A stretch of 61,555 nucleotides of DNA, counting the filler, from Choristocarpus tenellus KU-1152 (Eukaryota; Protista; Phaeophyceae), in assembly GCA_964200185.2 (NCBI GenBank). It is 8 parts of 8 records of this genome, joined end to end, with 100 filler letters (N's around TTAATTAATTAA, not from the genome) between each part and the next. Parts side by side here need not be neighbours in the genome. Positions count along the whole stretch, not along the records: positions 41,290 to 61,555 come from CAXNAD020000408.1; 7 more parts are not named here. One strand, given 5' to 3'. This document shows positions 42,909-55,100 of this stretch, piece after piece (within the stretch, counting starts at the first letter, position 1; each line of letters starts with the position of its first letter). A program made the position numbers and the translations under genes. Below the pieces are notes generated by a model, which worked only from the letters and a program-made list of their open reading frames with translations, ran no database searches and was not told the origin of the DNA.

Positions 42909-45900
42909 GGGTCTTGTTCATGCTTATTGGGCACCCAACCTGTGGGCTCTTTACCTGGCCATGGACAGAGTGGCGTTGGCTGTCTTCAAGAAAATTGGTT
43001 CAGTCCAGGCCTCTGCATTTGTAGGGTCTACCACAGGTTTGTGCTTTTTGTCAAGTCAGCATGCATGAACTACTACATAGCTTGTACGTACGATGGAACA
43101 GAAAAATCTTTGGAAAGTTCAAGGAATTTTCTTGTGAGTGTAGTTTCGTGTATACCCTGGACTACACTGGTGAGAATTTTCGAAAAGCAAGAAAAAGAGG
43201 ATTTTGTCTGAATCTGCTGTGGACCTTACTTCGAAAGGGACAGGAGAACAGTTGCTGGTACAAGATTAGTCTATGATTCATGATGGAAGGGTTAGGGTTA
43301 GGGTTAGGGTTAGGGTATACTAGACATTTTGACAGACCTTGGCAACCCCATAGTACCCACGTCAACATCGTATCAGAAGTGTAACACTAACCCTAACCCT
43401 AACACTATCACTAACCCTAACACTATCACTAACCCTAACACTAACACTAACCCTAACACTATCACTAACCCTAACACTATAACTAACCCTAACCCTAACA
43501 CTATCACTAACCCTAACCCTAACCCTAACACTATCACTAACCCTAACCCTAACACTATCACTAACCCTAACACTATCACTAACACTATCACTAACACTAT
43601 AACTAACCCTAACCGCTTTGGTTATCTCTAGTTTGCCCTGCAGTAGACACAAAGGAGCTGCCTGATTTACCCCTCCCTACAATGAGAGGGTACTTACTGA
43701 CTATGATAAAATGGATTATATTAGTGGGAATTATTTGTGGGAATTATCTCGACGATTGTTATCAGTTCTGTTTTGATAAGAAAATGATACTGATTATTTG
43801 AATTTTTTAAACTGTTGTTTCTTGGTGGCCTGTTTTCTTGGAAGGCGTTTTATTTTGGTCTTTGATGACATGGCGGGGAGCATAGACACTGGTGATCTAT
43901 TGTACTTTACTGTTGATGTTCTTGTTTATGTTCATGATGTCATGTTTGAGGTACATTGCGTGTTTGATATATATATATATATTTATTCCTTGGTTCAGAA
44001 GCATTTTTTGTGTTTAATAAAAGCAAAAGTTAGCTTGGTAAAATGTGTAATGGTGTAAGATCGTCAGGTATATTATTTTTTTCATGTAATATTGTACATG
44101 TTTTAACTTTTTTTTTTTTTTTTTTAATTGAAGTAATTCATTTTTTTTTTTTTTGTTTTATTTAGTTATGCTGTTTCGTAAATTTTTCTGTTTTTCTTCA
44201 AATGTATATAATTTTGTTTATGCACACCAGAGTCAATGTCTGGGTATTGGGTTAGGGTTAGGGTTTGGGTTGGATGTGGTGATGTGACAGGAATGTCAAT
44301 GATACTTAAAATGACAGTTACAATAAAAGTCACAATGATACTTACAAAGATATTTACAAAGTTACTTTTTATGATATTTACAATGACAGTTACAATGATA
44401 CTTTTAATGATACTTACAGGCTTGTATAGTAAGGTAATGAAAAGGCTTATATTCCCAAACTCTTGTACCAATGATTTTGCACCTTAGATGCAAATGATTG
44501 ATTTTCATAGTGAGGAACTGATGATTTAAGTTAATAGTTGCTGGATCTGCAACTGTGCCCCTGCCACTCCCCCCCCCCCCCCCCCCCCAACCCCAACCCC
44601 CACCCCAAAACTGTTTATTAAGTAAGGATTAAATAAAAAAGTTTTTTGTCACCCCGCCTTGGAATGTTGATATTTTTTTGTTATAGAAATAATGCAATGT
44701 ATTTTCAGTGCTTGAGGACTGTTCTCTGCTAAACAAAATATTTTATTTTTTGACCTTCTTAACCATCTGACCTTTTGTTCTTCCAAAAAGTTTATAATGT
44801 TGACAGTTTGTGTACGTTAGTATTGTTGGTAATGGTGTGTGTAAGGTGGGGTGGTCTGTTGTCAGAAGATGAGGAGGTGATGGAGGAGAATACATTGTCT
44901 GAGTCATTTCCTGTGCACTGTATGCAGTTATCAACACATAATGGCCCTGGCATAGGTTCCTCCTGTTAACACCTCCTATTTGTTTTACGACCACAGAAAA
45001 GACAGATAGCAGGGTTAGGGTTAGGGTTGGCTCTTGTCATAGGTTATTGCCATAGGTTTATTGTCAAAGGTTTCTTCATACAGAACAAAAGTAGGGTTGG
45101 TATTTCAAGGTACTCTTTTGGTGCAAAGATAGCAGTTTTCTTGCCTGTTCATATCATAATCCTCCTGTGACATTGTTTGCAACAAGAGCCCTATCACAAA
45201 CACACACCACACTCTCACCTTGAAACTAGCACTTACTACTATTATACTAGGGTTAGGGTTAGGGTTAGGGTTAGGGTTAGGGTTAGGGTTCTTAAGCTAA
45301 CCCTAACCCTAACCCTAAGCCCCGTGGTACCTCGCTTTAGTGCTACAGGGCTGCTGTCTTTGGTGCCTAACCCTAACCCTAGCCCTAATTTTATCCCTAA
45401 CCCTTTTTTTTCTTTGTGTTGGTGCAATGAGAAGGAGGGCTTGTTCAAGCTGCCACTACTGCCTTGCTTCCCAATGTGACCCCTCTTTTGTGCATGTTAC
45501 TGAGCCTGGTGGCTTGCATTCCGGCCTTGCTGAGGGTGTGGCAGCGTCCTACCGCAAGAGGCTTTGCTTGGGGAATTGTAAGAACTTGATTGTTCGTGTG
45601 GATTGAAGGGAAGTGTGTGAATGCATGTGTGTATATACGTGATATTGGAATTATTGCTTTGCGGAGATTCCATGCAACTCTCTTTAGATGTTAATGTGAG
45701 TTTGCATGTGTAGGTGGGGTGTAGTCTAGAGGATATATTACAAATATATATATATATAATGTTAGGGTTAGGGTTAATCCTGACCCTGAGCTTACAAACA
45801 TATATTAGTTAAAGTGAAGCACAGCTACAAAGTGCTCATTGTCTTGATGGACGTGTATTATCAGTCATCTTTTGATTTGACTAACCCTAACCCTAACCCT

Positions 45901-48548
45901 AAGTCTCCTACGGTGGGTTTTTGTCGTGATCCCTAACCCTAACCCTAACACTAACCCTATATTGTCTTATCGTCTTATTATAAAGTATGTACGTCTACTT
46001 TGCCCTAACCCTTGAGTCCAATCTGTTACCTTGTTTTTTCTCTCCTAGTCGATTGTAGGCAATGGTAGTGGGTTTAGTCAATATTGACTTCTGATAGGGT
46101 AACCCTAACCCTATTTGTGAGCCAAAGTATCGTAGAGGGTCGTGTCCATTTGGGGTCCAAAATACAATTTGGCGATTTTGATGTTATTTTGACTATTGTG
46201 TTTGTTAGGAAGTGTCAATTCCCTTGTTCCAGACACACCTTTTCATACGGTATACCTTTTACCTGCTCTGAAAAATTTCGGAGTAGGAAAAATGTCATAA
46301 AAAAAACAGTGAGAAGCCAAGCCCCAAATGGACAAACAGGGCAAAACTTGTACCCTCTAAGATAACTTTCATTCTCTCTACTGCTCGCTCTGCCTGTCCT
46401 TGATTTTTTTGATTAAATATATCAGTGTGCCCTTAGTAAGGGTTAGGGTTAGGGTCAGCTACAGTCAGTCCTGTTTTTGAGGTTAGGGTTAGGGTTAGGG
46501 GAATGTTTGAGGTGTTTCGGTGTATTGCCCATTTCATTGCATGCCTCTGGTTCGTAACAATTTTTATCTTTTCTCTCTTTTTTTCTTTGCTATACATTTA
46601 GGGTTATGGTTAGGGTTAGGGTTAGGATTAGGATTAGGGTTTGGTGCACCCCCCTTGTGACCAGAGGTCGACTTTCACCTTAGCACCCTTCATCTCCCCT
46701 CCACCTTGTTAGGATATTGCTCCAGCCTTTCTCGCTTAAGAGTGCACCTTGTCTTCTTTCTTTGCACAACCCAGCCAGCCGTGGCTTGATACTCCCCTAC
46801 TGCCAACAGTTTTGTGATCTTGATCTTGACCCATCTAACACCCATCTACCTTCATATGGTACTTGAACATTGCTCTAACTCCTATTTGCAACCAAAAAAT
46901 CAATTGACTCTTTAAGGTACACTGCTCCCTCAGTGCTTTTCTATTGGGTTTCCATGTTCATGAGAAGGCGATTCTTGTACCCACGATTGTGCTGGCTGCT
47001 CTCTCTCTGGATTCCTACAAGTCTGCCAGACTGTACTTACGTATGTCTTATGTTGGGGGATTTGCTCTGTTCCCACTTCTGCCAGGGCCAGAGCTCATAG
47101 GCCTCAAGGCAAGTGCTGATCAATGCCCAATGTTTACATGTTGGTTACAAATTAGTGTGATGTTGGTAGCTAACAGTGGAGATAGTGTAAACAGCAAAGC
47201 GATTTCCTGAGTTGTTTTGACAGACTGCTGAATTGTTCGGAAAATTTCGAATTTGCAGGTGTTGTTGGATGGGTTTTGTGATAGGATAGTTTGACATGGT
47301 GGATCTAATCACTTGGAGTAACATTAGTCCATATATATATATAGTGAAATGTTTCCTTGCCCAGTCTTGTCTTACCAATAGCAAGGATTGGCCACTATAT
47401 TTAGGCATTTCACTGACTGTCACTGTTACCAAACGAGTATAGAGAGTGTCTACGGACTCTGCCTCTTTGGGTTATTTTTTGGCAATGAAGCTATCTTGAC
47501 TTATTTCTTTTTTCAGGTTCAAGGGTTGTTGATGATGTCAGGAGGAAAGTAGGAATGGATCATTTTTGTTTTGTTTCTAATTGGTTATTTGCATGGCGAT
47601 TTGAAGTACATGATGATGATTTGAAGTTGGAAGAAAGTGGAACATGTAGAAGGACACTTGTGCCAAGTTTGTAACAGGAAGGTGAAGGCTGAGAAAGTAA
47701 GGGTTAGGGCTGTGAGCCAAAGTATCTTAGGGTTAGGGTAGAGCCGTGTCCGTTCAGGGGCCAAAATCCAATGTAACATATTGCGATTTGATGTAAATTT
47801 TGGCCATCATGACTATTAGGGTCAGGGTTAGGGTCAATATCCTTGTTCCGGACACACCTTTTCATAACATACATATTTTACCTATTCTGAAATGTTTCGG
47901 AGTTGGAAAAGGGCATAAAAACCAATGGGAAGTCAAGCACCAAATGGACAAACTGGGCAAAAATCGTAGCCTCTTAAGATACTTTCACTCTGTTCTTTTT
48001 GGAGAGAAGAGCTGTTATCTTTTGGGCTTGTTGTTTCCAGGGGTGGCATTGTATTCGCAAATTTTATGTTATCACTGTTTTGATGAAAATGCAGGCATAT
48101 ATCTTTTTTCGCTTGGAATAATTAATTTGGATCGTCCTTACAGTTCTGAAATGAGATGAGAGAACTTCATATGGTTCACAAGTTGCACTTCAGCATCTGT
48201 CTCATTTGTGGACTACATTGAGGTGGATGAGTAGGGATGGACAGTGGTTGGACAGTGGTTGGACAGATGTTTGCTTTATGTTTAGATGATTGAAGATGCA
48301 ATGGGTAACCTGGAGGAGGTTGTGAAGATCATGTTCGGTTTGAAATTCAGAAACATTTTTCTGTTTTATTTTTGATTGTTTTTTTGTTTTGCATGGTGTG
48401 GTGTATGTACTACAGTGCTATGTTTTAGTCCCTGGTCCTTACAACGCTGGTATCATTTTGGCTAGGATGAAATGGAAGATTTGTAACTAATCTAATCTAA
48501 TCATCAAATTTGAAGAGGTAGGTAGCTCATCATTGCAAAAGAAACGAT

Positions 48549-48598
<50 letters not shown>

Positions 48599-48752
48599 CT
48601 TTCTTTTTTTTAGACTAATTTTTTATTCGCATGGTTTTCTGTTTATTTGCAAACTTTTTTTGTTTTTTCTNNNNNNNNNNAGAATTAAAACTAATCAAAT
48701 CTAATCCCCAATGTTGAAGATGTAGGTAGTTTATTATTAAAAAAAAAATAAT

Positions 48753-48785
<33 letters not shown>

Positions 48786-49621
48786 GAAATGGTCTTGACA
48801 TCTTGTCAACTTCAAAAATAATGTTGGGTTCCCATTGTTATGAATAGAAATCAACATTGTTTTGGTGGTCAACACCCTAAGACTATTTTCAACACAATGT
48901 GCAATAGTCATTTTTTTTGTTTCAGATCCAGGCCTGTCTCAGAAAACGTGCTGGTTGATGTACATATGCCGCTGATTGAATGCGTAAACCAAGGCGGCTA
49001 GGAGTGTATGTTGCTGTCCTTCCCCTTGTCGATTTCTGTCTGCATTGTTATGTTTTGATCTATAGTCCAGTATGACATTGGACTCCCCCTGAAACTTGCT
49101 TTTTTTTCATTTGTCTATTGATATTGATATTTTGATATTTTTTACAGGTCCTCCTTCTTGCTACGCACCTCTTGTTGGCTCAATGTGTCCTGCAATGCAC
49201 CCTGGACACTCAAGAACCAACACAACAAACTGCGCTGATTCATCCTTCTCTTTGTTTACCTGTAGGGGCAATGTCTGTAGCATGCTCAGAGTCAACTAGG
49301 GTGACTACATCGCACAGGGGTGAAGAAAAGTGTTTGAGTGAGAAGTGCCCTCCCTCAGAGGATCAAAGTAATGTAATTTCTAGTGGTGCGGATAATGTAA
49401 GCAAGACTTTGCCATCCTTACTGACACACTGGGATATGTGCTTTATTTGTATTGGGATTTTTACCTTCTTGGCAGGGGAGGTAGTGTACCCGTTTGTGTT
49501 AGGGGGAGATGGTGAAGGGCCCTTGCCCTTCTTACCTCTGATGATGGTGTCAGTGCAATGTGCCTTGGGAGTGGTATGGTGCTGGTGTGTGACTTGCCAG
49601 TTGATGTGGGTTGAAGAGTGA
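42909..49621 (+). CDS. ALG8: Dolichyl-PP-Glc1Man9GlcNAc2 alpha-1,3-glucosyltransferase, 3' four exons (5' part off contig)
   Basis: Exons 42909-43036 (RGLVHAYWAPNLWALY), 45435-45577 (GGLVQ...LPNVTP), 46917-47108 (GFHVHEKAIL; GC donor) and 49148-49621 (FLPLMMVSVQCALG) are in phase. HAYWAPN and HVHEKAIL favour ALG8 over ALG6. Confidence 0.92.
43387..43614. repeat. Variant telomere-like hexamer array (CTAACC/CTAACA/CTATCA)
   Basis: About 38 hexamers arranged in 18-30 bp higher-order patterns. Confidence 0.9.
44298..44418. repeat. Degenerate 12-bp tandem repeat (AATGATACTTAC-like), about 10 units
   Basis: Direct reading. Confidence 0.75.
46119..46374. mobile_element. MITE family B copy (ALG8 intron)
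   Basis: GAGCCAAAGTATCGTAGAGGGT...TACCCTCTAAGATAACTTTCATTC. Confidence 0.9.
47714..47990. mobile_element. MITE family B copy with two telomeric patches, TSD TGT
   Basis: TGT|GAGCCAAAGTATCTTAGGGTTAGGGTAGA...AGATACTTTCACTC|TGT. Confidence 0.9.
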
Positions 49622-52121
49622 TAAGGTTCACATCTTACGGTTAACCTAAATCCTGCATGGCTCCTTGTTGATGTATTTCAATGAAGAGAGCATTAGTTTC
49701 TATGTACGTATGTATGCATTTTGACATGTATGTATGTTCGATATTCTGTAGTGCCGTTTTTCAATTTCTCCTTGCCTTAATCGGTGGGAAGGCTTAAGTT
49801 ACATGTAGTAGTGTTTTGTGTTCAACATGGCAGTGATGCCAAAGTTCCACAAGAGGATATCATCTTTAGCCTACATTCTCAAGTGTGGTGCAAACCTGAC
49901 TCTTGGTGCGTGGACCACCTTTTCCTCATGGAGATACAGTCGTTGACTTCTTTGTAGGAACCAAGACCTTAGACAATTCATTGTTGTAACTGTTGTCCTC
50001 CAGTCACCTACTTTTGAGTTCTATTCTACGTTAGTGATAACCCAGTATGATTTGGACACAAGCCCCGGGCTATTTTCACCCCATCGCACAGTAGCACTAG
50101 TACATTACATCTTCATGCCTTTTGCATTATGCATGGCAAACCATTTTTCGAGCAATAGATGCCATTGAACAGATGACCTGGAGAGTGTCCTGGACAAAAG
50201 ATGATACCGCGCAAATGGCTCCTACTTGTCAAGGCAACAAAATTGCAGAGCGAATGACTCAGATAGGGTCTTCATGTGGAAATGTTAGAGCAAATGGTGC
50301 TAAGTGGTTGGGGGACAGCGGACATGTGTTACTCATTTTGCACCAATTTTTCTTTTTCTCCTCTACCTACGTATGGGATTGGTAGAATCATACTATGTGG
50401 GAAACGATCATACTTGAGCAATGTGCTTGAATTGAGTGTTTTCTAGACAGGGATTTAGGTACAATTTTTGTGCCAATCGACGGATGTTTGCGAGGAATTG
50501 GAATACGTAGAAAAAGATCCCCAAGTCAATAGCTGCTCTGCTGGTAAGGGGCAAGTTGGTGATCGAGTATAGATAGGCAACCTGTCTATGGTATAGGCAG
50601 CTGCCCATTGTATTTAACTTACTCTGTATTTCTCACACTACCAAACCGTATTTTGCATCCACATTGTGCATAGTGTAATGTAGAGGTACATAGTCTACAG
50701 CAAAAACATGACATCATCATAATTGGTATATTGATGGCAAAAGGTGCTTCTCTTAGATCTGGGATCATTTCAGTTGTGGTATCCAATGGTATGAAGTGCT
50801 TTGAAGTATTATTAAATGAAGCTGGAGCTTTAGGGTTCGCAGTGCTTTAGAATGCTATTACTGCAAATAAATATTACAACATATTACAGAGTTCATCTCC
50901 CTAGACCATATTGTTCCCTATTGGCAGACATAACTGAATATTACATAGTGAGACCTTAAGTTCTATGCAGGTAGTAGAGTGTCTACATCATGATGAAGAG
51001 ATCCTAGGTGTCCAACTACATGAATAGATGTTAATGCAATGTACCATTAGAACACCTTGCATGCTCTCATTAAAGTGAGGATCTGAAACCCGATTGTCTA
51101 ACTTGTAGCAAAGACTCCTCAACTTTGCCATGAAAAGTGCCCGTCGACTGATCAGTCTGTTGCCTTGAGTCAACAGTTTATTTGGAAATCGAGGGTTTAA
51201 GAATATTTTTGCAATAATTTGTGAACGCTAAGCTCAAACTTGGGGTATCGTCCGCAGTACAACCACTTGATCTCGTCATCACATCGCCTCTCAGGATTTA
51301 CACTGCTGTACTCACTAGGTATTTACTTCACCACCAAGGCCCAAGAAATTCTCGGCGATCTGATACAATTCCAGGAACAATTGTGCAATGAATCAAGCCC
51401 TAACCCTAATTCGTTACTTAAAGTGGCAGTGAAGACACTATGACACTTGTGAAATCATTAGTAAATGCTTTTGGCTTGTATTCTTTGGTGGTCCACCCAC
51501 AAATCCGGGAAATCCTTGATTTCCGACGTAGTCATCTTCTATTCTGCAGGTCCAGCCTTTTAATGGGGTTAATGTCATTTCAGGATTCGGAATGGGGCAT
51601 CAGTCAGAATGCTTGAAAGTCCTACGATATCAAAATGGACTACTAGACCCACCCTAAGAAACGTACTGTATGTTCGTTCCAACACCGTAAATGCGAGGTT
51701 GAGGAAAGTATGACTTAAGGGATCAAGCTAGACCCAAATTTTGTCATAAGTTTTATTCATGGTCATATTGTATCGCCAACTGATAATGACATCCTGACTT
51801 TTTGCCGTTTGAATGAGCCCTAGTGCCTTCAAAAGTGGGCAATAGTTGGCACATGTATGTACTTTTCTGCTCTGTCAATCATGTTCGGCATGTGTAGCTC
51901 CTTGGACTTGAGCATGGGCAAATTTTGTGATGAAAGTGGTCCGTGCACAGATTTAGAATGTAATAGGAGGAATATATATCATCCTTAATACTTGCTTCTG
52001 TTGTGGAGGAATGCTGAACAAAGCACTCAAGTACTGATCTCTCTTAAGCGTGTCTTTTCACTTGTGCTTTTCAAAATAAAAGTTATGTGTCAGGGCCAGT
52101 GTTGGATTTATAGCTATGCAC

Positions 52122-55100
52122 TTATGAAGGAGGATATGGATGGGAGATGCTCTTGGTCTGAGCCTCCAGCCTCCCATGTTTCCCTTTTATGCCGATTTCT
52201 GTCATCCTCCTCCCTACTCCCTGGGCTGATTTTCTCATCACTTCCACCTGCCTTCTACGCACATCGTTCCCCTTCTGACCATATCCGTTCTTTTCTCTAA
52301 AGGGTGGCTCTGCAGATGAAGACAGGGACTTTTGGGGGGTCATCATCATGCTCCACAGTCCATTGTCCTTGGCAGCGATAGCACACCTCTCCATCAAAAC
52401 CTGTCTAACTTTATCCCTGTGACCCTGAGCGATGTGCGAAGCAACCTGGACAGGGGTCACCCTTGTATGCTGTCTGTTGTAAGGCAAAGGAGTGAGAGAG
52501 AGTAAGTAGCAACAGGATCGACTATCAATTTTTTTTTGGCAAGGAGACCATTTGTGGAACAATGTGGAGCATAGCTGGGATGAACAACTCCGGGTGGCCA
52601 AACTATGGATGAGGCTATTTCAAATGATGCTGACCAGGTGCTCTGGCAGGCAAAATACTCTTCTACCCCTGGGTGACACCTAACGACTTTGTGCAGACTG
52701 TGCTCGTAGTTCATTCCTGAGGGCAAAATGATACTGCTGACCATGTAGTTGCATGGAGACTCCACCCACAACGAACAGAAGAATTCCAAGCACAATTTGA
52801 TCTGAACGGAGGTTGGCAAGTATACCGTTATTTTCTATTAGTTCCCTCTCACAAACCCGTGTGACAGCTGTTTCCACTGCTGAGAGCAAGCACGCAACAG
52901 ACCTACCCATTTTCAATGGGGAGAAATCTAGAAACTCTCCCTTTGAAGCATGTCTCACATATTCTTGGGATTGATGCCTGGCAAGAATTCGGCTCTCTGC
53001 CGAGCTAGGTGTGCATCTTGTGATGCATTAAAAGGTGGTTTTTGTCCAACCTTTCTTGCTTGCCTTCTCTGACCATCCCCAATCACTGGGTGCTTTGTGA
53101 AGTTTCTGGAAGTTATTGAGGCCTTGTTGACCTGAGTCAAAGGAGCGGAAAGGGACGGGTAGAAGAATATATGTATTTTCCATTTTTCAGCAACACACTT
53201 ACCGCCAAAAGCCATGGAGATGTATGTATCACTGCAGTAGTTCTGACTTGACTAGGCTAGTCAAAGGGGTATTTTCAAGGTGTTGTCAGGTGGGAGTGGA
53301 TCGTTGACTTCAAGGTAATTTGCAGGTTCAATAACCAACTACCTCAGCTGCTACCAACAAGAATGGGCACTCTTAGAACAAAATAAAGGAAATTAATTTA
53401 TAAAACTGGAGGACCTGTCGCTGTGCATAATTTCATTATTTGAATCCCATTCACCCTGAAGAACTCTATATGAGTTACTTCCCAAAGCTATAATCAATAT
53501 TATGGTCCTCGCCTTCACATCACCATCGCCAGCTTTGACCATATTATCGATTCCTTGCGTAAATTCTCCTGGAGTTGGAAGTGGAGGAGAACGAGCAATT
53601 CCTGAACATGTGTTTGTTTGATCACAGATATATTATGTACTGATTGCAAACATCTGCGCTTGATTTTTTTTTATTGATTCAATGATTTGTCCTATCCTGT
53701 GTCACTGATACCAACATGAAAAAAAAACTGCCCAAGGGAAGCCCGTAGTCACAAGCATAGGGTCAGTATCTTTGCAGTGTATAGAACTTTGCAGTAGTTT
53801 GTGGGAGTTGATTAGAGCCAAAGTATCTTAGAGGGTAGAACCGCGTCCATTTGGGGGCCAAAATCCAATGTTGTGATTCCGATGTAATTTTGGCTATCGT
53901 GTTTATTAGGAAGCGTCAATATCCTTGTTCCGGACACACCTTTTCATGACATACACATTTGATCTACTTCAAGATAATTTGGAGTACGAGAAGTCATAAA
54001 AGAACCGAGGAAAGCCAAGCCCCAAATGGACAAACAGGGCAAACCTCGTACCCTCTAAGATACTTTCACTCTTACTCTGTTGTGGTTTACATGTGGCTCA
54101 ATGTATCTGGGGGGGCTGGCGGCTGTCCATTTGGGGTCATTTTTTTCATGTCGCAAATTTTGGGTGATTGGTTGCATACGTGGGATGGATAATGCAAGTG
54201 CACTTTTCCTGATTTTGGTCCAAATGGACACCCTGGTGTAGACCCTCCGCCCCCCTCCCCCCCAGATACTTTTGGCCTGTTCAGTACGCTGTATCTTTCC
54301 GTACTCAGTAGAGTGGTTGATGACCAAGATTGAGTAACTATGGATCGCATCTTCTAGGGTCAGCAGGTGGCTTATGATAACATTGAAGGGGTAGAAGGGG
54401 TAGGGAATAGTAATTTAGAGTGAAATGTATACCAGCTGAGACAGCCTACACATTTCAATACCTACCTCAAAGTAGAAAAATACTACATGTATCTACCCCA
54501 CGCTTTCTTCACCCAAAATGCTTTTGTGCATGGTTCTTGACGATATTTTTGATGATGATCAAAGGCACAAATGTGGAACAAATGCACTAACGATCCTGAA
54601 ACATTATGGCGCCGAAACAAAGTTCAGACACATTTCCCCTCACGATCATATACTCCACCAACATACTCATCCATGTGTTCACCCACTAACCAGAGCGGTC
54701 AAATTGCTGTACAAGTCGTCTAGCTTCCTTATTGTCTGGATCTAGCTCAAGCGCTGTCCTATAGTCAGAAAATGCAGACAGGTAGTCTCCTAGGTAGTAG
54801 AATGCCTGTCCTCTGATAACATAGTAGACCGACACCTTAGATCAAGATGTAGGGAGAAGAAGACAAGCATGGAAAAAGACAATGGTTGGGGGAGAGGTGT
54901 GCAGAAGAGGATCCAGAAAGAGTTAACTTAGTCATGGCAGGTAACCTCATTTTTACTTTATTTGTTGGAAGCATCAAGCATTATGAGTGCCAAAAACGAC
55001 TCTGGCAATTACATGAGAGTACGAGGGAGAATATCTTCATATGCATCTATTGAAGAAGCATGATACAACAAGTCAGCTTTTCTCCCAGGACTTCACAATG

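Larger units (their letters stand above)
35170..47835. repeat. Dense scatter of short interstitial telomere-type (TTAGGG/CCCTAA)n tracts in introns
   Basis: Dozens of 1-7 unit tracts in both orientations, e.g. 36454-36474, 37719-37738, 40284-40306, 43288-43316, 45248-45318, 45880-45958, 46598-46640; more at 59286-59596 and 61525-61538. Confidence 0.95.

Noticed and set aside
43329-45479. ORFs with NPNPN, VRVRV or LGLGL runs
   Set aside because: Translations of telomere-type hexamers in introns.
48486-48785. Imperfect direct duplication around the 10-N gap with poly-T
   Set aside because: Looks like overlapping low-quality contig ends at a homopolymer, i.e. an assembly artefact.
49850-51650. 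Possible small minus-strand multi-exon gene between ALG8 and the TPR gene
   Set aside because: Some AG/GT-bounded frames exist, but I could not build a phase-consistent model or recognise motifs.
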